DNA of 64,000 nucleotides from Candidatus Multivoradales bacterium (GTDB lineage Bacteria; Acidobacteriota; Thermoanaerobaculia; Multivoradales; J023): NCBI GenBank assembly GCA_965248925.1, contig CBDFLE010000006.1, positions 1,088,001 to 1,152,000 of the forward strand, read 5' to 3'. Shown piece by piece: positions 55,376 to 64,000 of this stretch (position 1 is its first letter; each line of letters starts with the position of its first letter). The notes under the pieces were generated by a model. It saw only the letters and a program-made list of their open reading frames with translations, ran no database searches and was not told where the DNA came from. The position numbers and the translations under genes were made by a program.

Positions 55376-56963
55376 TTCAGCACCCAAGGCACCGCCGTTC
55401 GCAATCCGCACCCTGTGGATCCTCGGCCTGTGCTGCGCGCTACTGCCTGGCTCTCCCGCCCAAGCAGCGGGCCAGCTCGCGGCAGAGATTCCCCATCCGG
55501 ATCTTTCACACCTGGAACCCGCGGTGGCCCGGCAGATCGTGGAATCGCGCGACGAACTCGCCCTGTTACTCGACGAGGCCGGTGAAGACCCGGTGGCCCG
55601 CGGCCGTGCTTTCGGTCAGCTCGGCCAGCTCTACCACGCTTACCGTCTCGACGAAGCCGCTGCCCACCTCTATCAGCTGGCCATTCGCCAAGCGCCGATC
55701 GATTTCAACTGGCCCTACTATCAAGCCTATTTGGCGCAGCAAGAAGGCCGCCTTGAAGACGCCGAGCGTCACTACTTGAAGGCTCTGGTGCTGTGGGACG
55801 CCTCGGTCTCAGCACGCATTCATCTCGGCGAGGTCTACCTCGGCCTGGATCGACCGGCTGAAGCGCGGATGTTCTTCGGCCAAGCGTTGGCCAACGATCC
55901 AGGCAACGCCGCGGCGCTGGCCGGCCTGGGCGAGATCGCCCTCTCCCGACGCCAATATCAACAAGCGACCGAGCACCTCGAAGCAGCCCTAGAATCACTG
56001 CCGGAGGCCACCCGACTGCACTATCCGCTGGCCTTGGCCTACCGGGGATTGGGAGATAGCGACCAGGCGCGAGAGCACCTAGCGCTGCGCGGTGAGATCG
56101 GGGCAAAGAGCATCGACCCGCTGATCAGCGAACTCGAAGAACTCAAACGGGGTGAGCGGGTTTACCTCTTGCGCGGCCGTCGGGCCTTCAATGTCGGCCG
56201 TTGGGCCGAAGCTGCCGAAGCCTTCCGCGCGGCGGTCGAAGCCAAACCCGAGGCCGCCCGAGGCCGCATAAACCTCGCTGCTGCTCTGGCGCAAATGAAC
56301 CGCCGCGCCGAGGCGGTGGCGGAACTGCGCAAGGCCATCGAGATTGCTCCCACCTCCCAATCGGCACACTTCAACCTGGGCGTTCTGTTGGCCCAGGCCG
56401 GCGATCTTCAGAGCGCGACAGAGCACCTACATGAAGCCATCGACCTCGAACCCAGCGATGCCCGCGCTCGCCTGGAGCTGAGCCAGGCGCTGCGCCGCCA
56501 GGGCAAAATCGAGGGCGCCTGGGAGCAGGCGGCCCGCGCCGCCAGGCTGGTGCCCCAAAGCGAGGGTGCTCGCCTCGCCGAAGCCGGCTTGCTAGTCAAT
56601 CTAGGACGCTTCAGCGAAGCTTGCGAGCGCCTCGAAGAGGGCCTGGTCCAGCTGCCTGAGAGCAGCTCCTTGGCTCACTCACTGGCACGACTACTGGCCG
56701 CCAGCCCGGATCCGGAGCTGCGTAACGGCGACCGCGCCTTGGAGCTCGCCAGTAGGGTCTTTGCAGCTCAGCGGAACGCCTGGCATGCCGAGACCGTGGC
56801 CCTGTCGATGGCCGAGCTGGGCCGCTGCGAGGAAGCCCTCGAGTGGCAAGACAAGGCCCTCGGCCTGGCCCGCCAGAATGGCGAGGAAAGCCGTATTGCC
56901 GGCCTCGAAGGTGGCCGCCAACACTATGTGGAAAGCCGCCCCTGCCGTCCGCCGATATCGTGA
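55368..56963 (+). CDS. Exported tetratricopeptide-repeat protein
   Basis: Signal peptide, many TPRs and LARLLAASPDPELRNG near the end. Overlaps the CRTAC1 stop. Confidence 0.88.
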   Translation: MSSSAPKAPPFAIRTLWILGLCCALLPGSPAQAAGQLAAEIPHPDLSHLEPAVARQIVESRDELALLLDEAGEDPVARGRAFGQLGQLYHAYRLDEAAAHLYQLAIRQAPIDFNWPYYQAYLAQQEGRLEDAERHYLKALVLWDASVSARIHLGEVYLGLDRPAEARMFFGQALANDPGNAAALAGLGEIALSRRQYQQATEHLEAALESLPEATRLHYPLALAYRGLGDSDQAREHLALRGEIGAKSIDPLISELEELKRGERVYLLRGRRAFNVGRWAEAAEAFRAAVEAKPEAARGRINLAAALAQMNRRAEAVAELRKAIEIAPTSQSAHFNLGVLLAQAGDLQSATEHLHEAIDLEPSDARARLELSQALRRQGKIEGAWEQAARAARLVPQSEGARLAEAGLLVNLGRFSEACERLEEGLVQLPESSSLAHSLARLLAASPDPELRNGDRALELASRVFAAQRNAWHAETVALSMAELGRCEEALEWQDKALGLARQNGEESRIAGLEGGRQHYVESRPCRPPIS

Positions 56964-56987
56964 CAGCTGATGGGTAAGGGCCACCAG

Positions 56988-58004
56988 CTATTCGCGCACT
57001 CTCCTAAGCCAAATATTGCCGCCGGAATGTTTGAGATAGAGAGGCAGGTTCTGACGCAGCCGATCAAGGTGAAAGCGAAACATGTAGTCAGCGAAGAACA
57101 GAATCTCAAAGCTATCGTTGAACTGCAAGAAAGCACGCAGCAGATATGCCTCATTCCACGCCCTGCCGGCACGAATCCAGTCTTCGGGGTAATCGAAGGG
57201 CCAGAAAATATCATGGAAATGAACTAGCACTCCCGGGCGCACCGAGGCCACTATTTCGAAGACAATGCGGTTGACATCACTACCCAATTTCGACACATGG
57301 GTGGAATCGACAAACAAGATATCATCCTCTCTCAGACCGCTGAAGACCTCTCGGCTCACATCTTGAACCCTTTTCCTGATTACCGAACTCTTGTCGTCAG
57401 AGTCCCTGAGCGAAGAAAGTAACAGTTCAGGATAGGGCTCGATAAATGTAAACTCTATCTTATTGTCGAAATACAACTCGCTGGTGTCCAGCATCGCACA
57501 CGAAGAGAAGCCAGAGCCTATTTCGACAATCCTTCGCGGCTTGAACTTTCTGATCATGCTGTAGAGCGTCAAACCGTCGGTATAGGAGTAAGCCGGGTTC
57601 TCGAAGTAGTACCGAAACGAGGCTGTTTTGTGCTCCGGAAACGGACAGCTGTCATGATACACCTTGAATTCCCCCAATAACTCAATCTGCCGCCGCTCAT
57701 TCATCCTGACACCCAAGATCTCATTGCCCGGCGGACTGGACAAAACAAAAGACCGCCGGTCTTCGGCAGAGGGAACGGCAGAATAGAAATGCCCGGGAGG
57801 GACAAACTCCTGATTCGCTTCCCGGGACTCGAACCCAGCACTCGAGAGCAGCTGAATCACCAATTCGCTTCGGGACATTCGCCTTGAACCCAGGGCGAGG
57901 CGGTGGCTAGTCATGGTTTCTACGTCCGGGCCTCTTTGCAAAATTTTGCGATAACAGAAATCGATGAACTCATCATCGGTCAGAGTCTCGGATCGGGCTG
58001 GCAT
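56988..58004 (-). CDS. Class I SAM-dependent methyltransferase (Methyltransf_24-like) with an N-terminal DUF4214-like domain
   Basis: VEIGSGFSS, LFVDSTHV, HFHDIFWPFDYP, WNEAY. N-terminal CYRKILQRGPD. Confidence 0.85.
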   Translation of the reverse strand: MPARSETLTDDEFIDFCYRKILQRGPDVETMTSHRLALGSRRMSRSELVIQLLSSAGFESREANQEFVPPGHFYSAVPSAEDRRSFVLSSPPGNEILGVRMNERRQIELLGEFKVYHDSCPFPEHKTASFRYYFENPAYSYTDGLTLYSMIRKFKPRRIVEIGSGFSSCAMLDTSELYFDNKIEFTFIEPYPELLLSSLRDSDDKSSVIRKRVQDVSREVFSGLREDDILFVDSTHVSKLGSDVNRIVFEIVASVRPGVLVHFHDIFWPFDYPEDWIRAGRAWNEAYLLRAFLQFNDSFEILFFADYMFRFHLDRLRQNLPLYLKHSGGNIWLRRVRE

Positions 58005-58372
58005 GATGATTCCTTGCCGAGCTGGCAGGTACGAGGTTAGCGGCGACGGGCATTTTACTCTCTACTTGGGTCGAGGATGGTGGCAGATTACCATGACCGA
58101 GGCCGGTGTTTGGCTAACTGGCCAGCCCGCGACCTGGGCTGGGCCACGGCGGTTCCTCGACCACCCGATCAGCAGCGAATAGACCGTAAATGAATCCTCC
58201 ACTGGTTGATCCTGGAGAAGGCCCCGTCTAGCCTCGTACAAGTCTTCTCTTGCTTACCTTCGCTGCTGACTCAGGCCGCCGTCCGAGCGCCGCCTGCTGA
58301 TCGCTAGCACCTGTCATTTTGGGACAACTACCGACGATCCCCAGCGGATCAGCCGACCTGGAGGTCCAGTTC

Positions 58373-59959
58373 ATGACTTGTCTGACCCACCGTAGCTTCG
58401 CCGGCCTTGCCGTCGCCACCGCCTTGCTGATCACCACCGCCCCACTGCTAGCGATCAGTGAGAACGGTCAGCTGTTCACCACCCAATTCAACTCCACCGA
58501 GGTCACTTGGCAAGCACAGCGCTCCTTCGGCGGCGGCGAGTTGGTTATCTCGGCCCCGGGTGGCCAGATCTTCCGCCACCAATTCGGGCCCGGCGAGACC
58601 CCGGTCTTCTCGGTTCTCGACACCCCCGGCTTCGAGTTGGTCGACGGCAACTACGGCTGGGAGTTGCACCTAGCGCCCACTGGACGGCCGCTCAGCCGCG
58701 ACATCAACGACTCATTCGAGCCGGTGGTCGACGGCAAGCGCGACTTGGCCAGCCACGTCGTCAGCGGCAACTTCGGCATCCTCGACGGCCAGCTGGTGCT
58801 GCAACTGGCCAGCGATAGTGAGGCTGAGGGCTCGGACCAGGAAAGCGGCATCCTCGCCGCCCCCAAGGACAACGTCATTCTCGACGACCTGATCGTCGAT
58901 GGCTCGACCTGCATCGGCCTGAGCTGCGCCAATGGTGAGAACTTCGGCTTCGACACCCTGCGATTGAAAGAGAACAACTTGCGGATCAAGTTCCAGGACA
59001 CCAGCGGCACCAGCTACCCGACCAGCGATTGGCAGCTGACCGCTAACGACTCGTTTGCTGGCGGCCTCAACAAATTCTCAATCGAAGACATCGATGCCGG
59101 CCGGTCGCCCTTGACCATCGAGGCCGGGGCGCCCTCGCACTCGCTCTATGTCGATGGCGGTGGCCTCGTCGGCCTCGGCACCTCGATACCAGAGGTCGAT
59201 CTGCATGTGGTCAGCGGCAATACTCCGGCCCTGCGCTTGGAACAGAACGGCACCTCCGCTTTCACACCACAGACCTGGGACGTGGCAGGCAACGAGTTCA
59301 ACTTCTTGGTGCGCGACGTCACCAATAGCTCGGCACTGCCGTTCAGAATCCGCCCCGGCGCACCGACCGACACAATCTTCGTCGACACCGATGGGGAGAT
59401 CGGCCTGGGAACGGCCTTTCCGGATGCCGGTCTGCACCTGCGATACACCAGCAACGACGACGGCATCCATGTCGAAACCACCGCCGCGGGCACCACCAAG
59501 CTGCTGGCCTTGGAGTCGGCGGCGCGGCCGCGATTTGAGATGAGAAATAACTCGGTGGTCAACGGTATCTGGAATTTCGACGTTCTCAACGACGGCAACT
59601 TCGCCGTCATCAAGTTCATGGGCGAGACCTTCACCTTCCAAGCTGATGGTGATCTGAGCATCGTCGGAGACTTCATCTCCAGCGGTATCGCCCTCGACGT
59701 GCCCGACTACGTCTTTGAGGACGGCTACGAACTGATGTCCCTCGACCAACTGGCTACTTTCATCGCGGCCAAGAGTCACCTGCCGGGCGTGCCCTCGGCG
59801 GGCCAGATCAACAGTGGCACGCTGAACATGACCCAGATGCAGATGAAGTTGCTGGAGAAAGTCGAAGAACTCACCCTCTACACCCTGCAACAACAAACCA
59901 CGATCGAGGAGATGAAGGCGGAGCTGGCACAGCTGCGACTGGCTCGAGACGAGGAGTAG
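58373..59959 (+). CDS. Secreted tail-fibre-like protein, paralogue 1
   Basis: GGAGG RBS, signal peptide, conserved DDLIVDGS.C.G..C.NGE.FGFDT domain, VGLGT..P repeats, and a C-terminal PDYVF...HLPGVPSA...LLEKVEELTLY chaperone/coiled coil. Confidence 0.85.
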   Translation: MTCLTHRSFAGLAVATALLITTAPLLAISENGQLFTTQFNSTEVTWQAQRSFGGGELVISAPGGQIFRHQFGPGETPVFSVLDTPGFELVDGNYGWELHLAPTGRPLSRDINDSFEPVVDGKRDLASHVVSGNFGILDGQLVLQLASDSEAEGSDQESGILAAPKDNVILDDLIVDGSTCIGLSCANGENFGFDTLRLKENNLRIKFQDTSGTSYPTSDWQLTANDSFAGGLNKFSIEDIDAGRSPLTIEAGAPSHSLYVDGGGLVGLGTSIPEVDLHVVSGNTPALRLEQNGTSAFTPQTWDVAGNEFNFLVRDVTNSSALPFRIRPGAPTDTIFVDTDGEIGLGTAFPDAGLHLRYTSNDDGIHVETTAAGTTKLLALESAARPRFEMRNNSVVNGIWNFDVLNDGNFAVIKFMGETFTFQADGDLSIVGDFISSGIALDVPDYVFEDGYELMSLDQLATFIAAKSHLPGVPSAGQINSGTLNMTQMQMKLLEKVEELTLYTLQQQTTIEEMKAELAQLRLARDEE

Positions 59960-59989
59960 GCGCCTGAAGACACCGGGTTTCAGACTACT

Positions 59990-60019
59990 AGATGACCACG
60001 GTTCAGACCGTGGTCATCT
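59990..60019 (+). terminator. Hairpin after paralogue 1
   Basis: AGATGACCACGG-N6-CCGTGGTCATCT, a perfect 12-bp stem. Confidence 0.55.
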
Positions 60020-60296
60020 CCTGCTGCAAGCTCGGCGACTGGCGCATCGCCCGTCCATCCTGCCGCCCACGCCAAGAGGTCAACAGAGTGCCCAGGCCAA
60101 ACGGTCAACCTTCCGCCCTCGCCTCGGTTGACCAGCCGGCGCCCGAGCGGTAACCTGCTAACACATTCTTTTGGGCGCCCCCTTCGCGGCCTGCCGCCGC
60201 GCTGAGACTGCGGCGCCTTTCAACACAGCACGGGGACTTGAGATTGACTCTCTGCCTGATTTCGGGCGGTATTGTCCAACCCTGGAGATTTTTTCT

Positions 60297-61943
60297 ATGC
60301 ACTCGACGCGCGTTCGCTCTGCTCTTCTGACCCTTACTCTCTCCTTGCTAGCCCTCGGCCTGCTGACCGCTCCACTGCTGGCAGCGAGCAACGGCGAACC
60401 CAACGGTCGGCTAGTCGACGTCTATTACTCTTCGGCCAAGATCGTCTGGGAGCCTATCGGTACCTTCGGCTACTCCGAGTTGGTGGTCTCAGCCCCGGAC
60501 GGCAACATTCACCAGAAGTACTTCGATCCCGGCGAGACCCTGGTGTTCTCGATCTTCGAAGTCGAGTTCGAACTCTGCGACGGCAACTACGGCTGGGAAG
60601 TCCGTTTCATGCCCAAAGGCGAGTTCCTGCGTCGCGGTCTCTATGACGACGAGAAGGCGGTACTGAACGGCAAGCGCACCTTTAACTCCACCGTGGTCGG
60701 CGGCAACATCAGCGTCTTGAACGGCAAGCTGGTCGATCCGCGCCCCACCGACGCCAAGGAAGGTCAGCTCACCGACCAAGATCCAGGTGGGCTTGCCGCG
60801 CCGAAAGACTTCGTGATCCTCGACGACCTGATCGTCGACGGCTCGGCTTGCATCGGTTTCGACTGCGTCAACGGCGAGTCCTTCGGCTTCGACACCATCC
60901 GGGTGAAAGAGAACAACCTGCGGATCAAGTTTGACGACACCTCTGTCGCCGCCTCGTTCCCGCGCAACGACTGGCAGCTGACCGCCAATGATTCAGCCAA
61001 TGGCGGCGCCAGCAAGTTCTCGATCGACGACATCTCGGGCGGCCGCACGCCGTTCACAGTCGAGGCCAACGCGCCGTCGCATTCGCTCTACGTCGATGAC
61101 GGTGGCCGCCTCGGCCTCGGCACCTCGACCCCTTCGGTGGACATCCACACCATCTCCGGCGACACCCCGACCTTGCGCCTGGAGCAGAACGGCTCCTCCG
61201 GCTTCGCGCCGCAGACCTGGGACGTGGCCGGTAATGAGACCAGCTTCTTCATCCGTGACGTCACCAATGGCTCTACCTTGCCCTTCCGTATTCGGCCCGA
61301 CGCCCCGTCCCAGTCGCTGATCATCGACCAGGATGGTGACGTCGGCCTCGGCACCCTCTCGCCGGACGCCGGCTTTCACCTGACATACGGCAACAATGAC
61401 GATGGCATCCACGTCGAGACCAGCGCTAGCGGCACCACCAAGCTGCTGTCGCTAGAGTCGGCCGAGCGGCCGCGGCTGGAGATGATCAACGGCTCGTTGG
61501 CCAACGCGATCTGGAATTTCGACGTGCTCAACAACGGCAACTTCGCCTTTATCAAATTCAGTGGCGAGACCTTCATTTTCGAAGCTGATGGCGATCTCAG
61601 TATTGCTGGAGACTTCATCTCCAACGGCACCACCCTCAATGTGCCCGACTACGTCTTCGAGGAAAGCTATGAGCTAATGCCCCTCGAGCAGCTGGAGACC
61701 TTCATTGAAGCTGAGAATCACCTGCCTGGAATCCCCTCGGCCGGGGAGATCAACGGCGGCAAGCTGAACATGACCCAGATGCAGATGACGCTGCTCGAGA
61801 AGGTCGAAGAGCTGACCCTCTACACCTTGCAGCAGAACGCCACCATTACCGAGCTGGCCCAGGACAGTCGCCAGCAGCAAGACACCATTGCCGAGTTGCA
61901 GGCGGCCCTCGCCGCTCTGCGTTCAGACTCGATCGCAGACTGA
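60297..61943 (+). CDS. Secreted tail-fibre-like protein, paralogue 2
   Basis: Same architecture as paralogue 1. GGAG RBS and signal peptide. Confidence 0.85.
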   Translation: MHSTRVRSALLTLTLSLLALGLLTAPLLAASNGEPNGRLVDVYYSSAKIVWEPIGTFGYSELVVSAPDGNIHQKYFDPGETLVFSIFEVEFELCDGNYGWEVRFMPKGEFLRRGLYDDEKAVLNGKRTFNSTVVGGNISVLNGKLVDPRPTDAKEGQLTDQDPGGLAAPKDFVILDDLIVDGSACIGFDCVNGESFGFDTIRVKENNLRIKFDDTSVAASFPRNDWQLTANDSANGGASKFSIDDISGGRTPFTVEANAPSHSLYVDDGGRLGLGTSTPSVDIHTISGDTPTLRLEQNGSSGFAPQTWDVAGNETSFFIRDVTNGSTLPFRIRPDAPSQSLIIDQDGDVGLGTLSPDAGFHLTYGNNDDGIHVETSASGTTKLLSLESAERPRLEMINGSLANAIWNFDVLNNGNFAFIKFSGETFIFEADGDLSIAGDFISNGTTLNVPDYVFEESYELMPLEQLETFIEAENHLPGIPSAGEINGGKLNMTQMQMTLLEKVEELTLYTLQQNATITELAQDSRQQQDTIAELQAALAALRSDSIAD

Positions 61944-61983
61944 GGGCGGGTGCGTCGCTAGCGACGCTCTACTTCTCAGCCGA

Positions 61984-62028
61984 ACAAGGCGACCGCGGCA
62001 ACAGCCGTCGGTCGCCTTGTCTCGTTTT
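61984..62028 (+). terminator. Intrinsic terminator after paralogue 2
   Basis: ACAAGGCGACCG..CGGC-AACA-GCCG..CGGTCGCCTTGT followed by CTCGTTTT. Confidence 0.6.
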
Positions 62029-62075
62029 ACAGTGCAGACGTCTTACAGTGCAGACGATTTACAGTGCAGACGATC
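62027..62075 (+). repeat. Three tandem units with 16-bp period (TTACAGTGCAGACG-NN)
   Basis: Copies start at 62027, 62043 and 62059. Confidence 0.9.
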
Positions 62076-62170
62076 TGGCGTCCTCGGCTCGTCCAACTTC
62101 TTCGTTCCTCGCCCAGTCGATGAGCCCAGCTGAAAAGTAGAATCTATCGAGAGAGCCTTGGGCCACGAGC

Positions 62171-62199
62171 TTGACATCTGCCCTCGACAGCCTTCTAAT
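62171..62199 (+). promoter_or_regulatory. Putative sigma-70 promoter
   Basis: TTGACA-N17-TCTAAT in an AT-rich intergenic region about 450 nt upstream of paralogue 3. Confidence 0.55.
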
Positions 62200-62650
62200 G
62201 GAGGTATATTTCTTTGACGAGATGACTCATATTTATATCAATAAGTCTCTCGTTGATGGCGGACTGCCTGCAACGGCACAAGCCAGGCTCTTCTTTTCCC
62301 AGCGTGCGTGGTTAGCTTGGAGTTAAGAACCGGCTCCTTGGTGGAGCTGTCATCTGATATCCGAACTCGGAGATTTCTCTATGTTCCGACCCACATATGC
62401 TGGTAGAGACCCTACCTACCACTCTGTTCTGAATAACTAGAACAAACCCTCTTTAATTGTCTTGCTTGACACTCAATTGGGGACCTGGTGCATCCGTTGA
62501 CAAGTTCGAGGAATCGATCGCTGGAGACTCTGAAACCGCCATGGGTAGGCGGGCCAGAGCGATTTCCCGAGTGCCCGAGCGCCATGGGACCCCACACACC
62601 GCCGCTTCCCAGTGGGAAACGACAGGCCTTTTGACCTCGGAGACTGACGC

Positions 62651-64000
62651 ATGAATCGGACTAAATCCACCCGCGCCTCGATCCTCACCCTCGTTCTCAT
62701 TCTCGTCGCCCTGCCGCTCACCGCCGGACCGGTTGCTGAGTCAGACCAAAGCAGCACCGCGATCTCTTGGCAGCCGCAGATCGCTTGGTCGAGCGCCCAG
62801 CTGACCGTCTCGGGACCTGGCGGGCAGCTCTTCGAGAAGACCTTCGACAGCGGTCTGGCGCCCACCTGGAGCGTCTTCGACAGCAGCGGCTTCGCCTGGC
62901 CGGACGGCAGCTACACCTACGAGCTGCGGCTGACCCCGGCCGGCGGCGTGCGGCAGCGCCCCGAGGGAGCCGATCAGCGAGCCGTAACCGACGGCAAGGG
63001 CAACTTCCCAAATACCGTCGCCTACGGCTACTTCACCATCGTCGATGGTCTGCTCGCCAACCCTTACCTGGGCAATGACAACACTGACCAGGATATCAAT
63101 TTTGACGCTCCGCAGCTCAGCGTGCAGCCCAAAGATCAGGTGATCCTTGACGACCTGATCGTCGACGGCTCGATCTGCGCCGGCTTCGACTGCGTCAACG
63201 GTGAGTCCTTCGGCTTCGACACCCTGCGGCTGAAGGAGAACAACCTGCGGGTCAGATTCCAGGACACCAGCTCCTCGGCCTCGTTCCCGAGCAACGACTG
63301 GCAGATCACCGCCAATGACTCGTCGAACGGCGGCGCCAACAAATACTCGATTGACGACATCGATGGCGGCCGGACGCCCTTCACCATCGAAGCGGGCGCG
63401 CCTTCGAATTCGCTCTACGTCGAAGACGGCGGCCGCCTCGGCCTCGGCACCTCGACACCGGTGGTCGACATTCACGTCAAGAGCGGCAACACCCCGACCT
63501 TGCGCCTCGAGCAGGACGGCTCTAGCGGTTTTGGCGCGCAGACCTGGGACGTGGCCGGCAACGAGGCCAACTTTTTCATCCGCGACGCCAGCAACGGCTC
63601 GACCCTGCCCTTCCGCATCTTCCCCGGCGCGCCTTCGAACGCGATCACCATCGAAGCCAGCACCGGTGACATCGGTTTAAACACCACCTCGCCGGACTCC
63701 AAGTTGAACATCGAGTACAGCGATTCAGGGGACGGCATCCTGGTCGAAACCAGCGACATCAGCGGCACCACCAACCTGCTATCGCTCAAGTCCGGGGCCC
63801 GGCCGAGGCTGGAGATGGTCAACGGCTCGGCTGCCAACGGCGTCTGGAACTTCGATGTGCTGAACATTACTGGTGACTTCGCCTTCATCAACTCCGTTAC
63901 CGCCCAGACGATGACTCTGGCGGCGACCAGCGGCAACATGACCATCACCGGTAACTACTTCTCCACTCTCTGCGTTTCCGGCAGTCCCTGTGCCCCGGAT
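62651..64000 (+). CDS. Secreted tail-fibre-like protein, paralogue 3 (runs off the window, absent from the ORF track)
   Basis: GGAG RBS and ATG 62651 (MNRTKSTRASILTLVLILVALPLTAG). Contains DQVILDDLIVDGSICAGFDCVNGESFGFDTLRLKENN. Open to the window edge. Confidence 0.85.
   Translation, partial: MNRTKSTRASILTLVLILVALPLTAGPVAESDQSSTAISWQPQIAWSSAQLTVSGPGGQLFEKTFDSGLAPTWSVFDSSGFAWPDGSYTYELRLTPAGGVRQRPEGADQRAVTDGKGNFPNTVAYGYFTIVDGLLANPYLGNDNTDQDINFDAPQLSVQPKDQVILDDLIVDGSICAGFDCVNGESFGFDTLRLKENNLRVRFQDTSSSASFPSNDWQITANDSSNGGANKYSIDDIDGGRTPFTIEAGAPSNSLYVEDGGRLGLGTSTPVVDIHVKSGNTPTLRLEQDGSSGFGAQTWDVAGNEANFFIRDASNGSTLPFRIFPGAPSNAITIEASTGDIGLNTTSPDSKLNIEYSDSGDGILVETSDISGTTNLLSLKSGARPRLEMVNGSAANGVWNFDVLNITGDFAFINSVTAQTMTLAATSGNMTITGNYFSTLCVSGSPCAPD

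Noticed and set aside
58373-64000. Prophage tail region
   Set aside because: The proteins have Sec signal peptides, copies 1 and 2 are each followed by a terminator-like hairpin, and no other phage genes are present.
1-64000. tRNA, rRNA or known riboswitch
   Set aside because: None recognised by eye in the intergenic regions. A covariance-model scan would be needed to exclude them.

Overview
High-GC bacterial chromosomal window. The gene content (CRTAC1/TPR pair, large GDH2, TPR-CHAT/S8 module, secreted fibre-like paralogues) suggests Acidobacteriota such as Thermoanaerobaculia; that taxonomy is an inference. Housekeeping and regulatory genes (gdhB, valS, two NarL-type regulators, a PAS hybrid kinase, creD, a TrmH methylase, a YtrA-type GntR/ABC operon) are mixed with accessory DNA. 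Five points stand out. (1) A same-strand run of peptide ABC importer, ECF sigma, TPR-CHAT caspase-like protease, putative anti-sigma and secreted subtilase (24036-35123) looks like a peptide-triggered proteolytic signalling circuit. (2) An ArsC/Spx-family gene carries an in-frame UGA in a UxxC motif plus a bacterial SECIS hairpin (2225-2572), a likely selenoprotein that the ORF track truncates. (3) Irregular 24-bp palindromic repeat arrays sit at both ends of a transposase fragment (1090-2114). (4) An eCIS-type effector has a low-GC nuclease tip, no adjacent immunity gene and a duplicated promoter/leader (37470-42960). (5) Three tandem secreted tail-fibre-like paralogues end the window. I saw no rRNA, tRNA or CRISPR array. 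All family calls come from motif recognition by eye, not from database searches.
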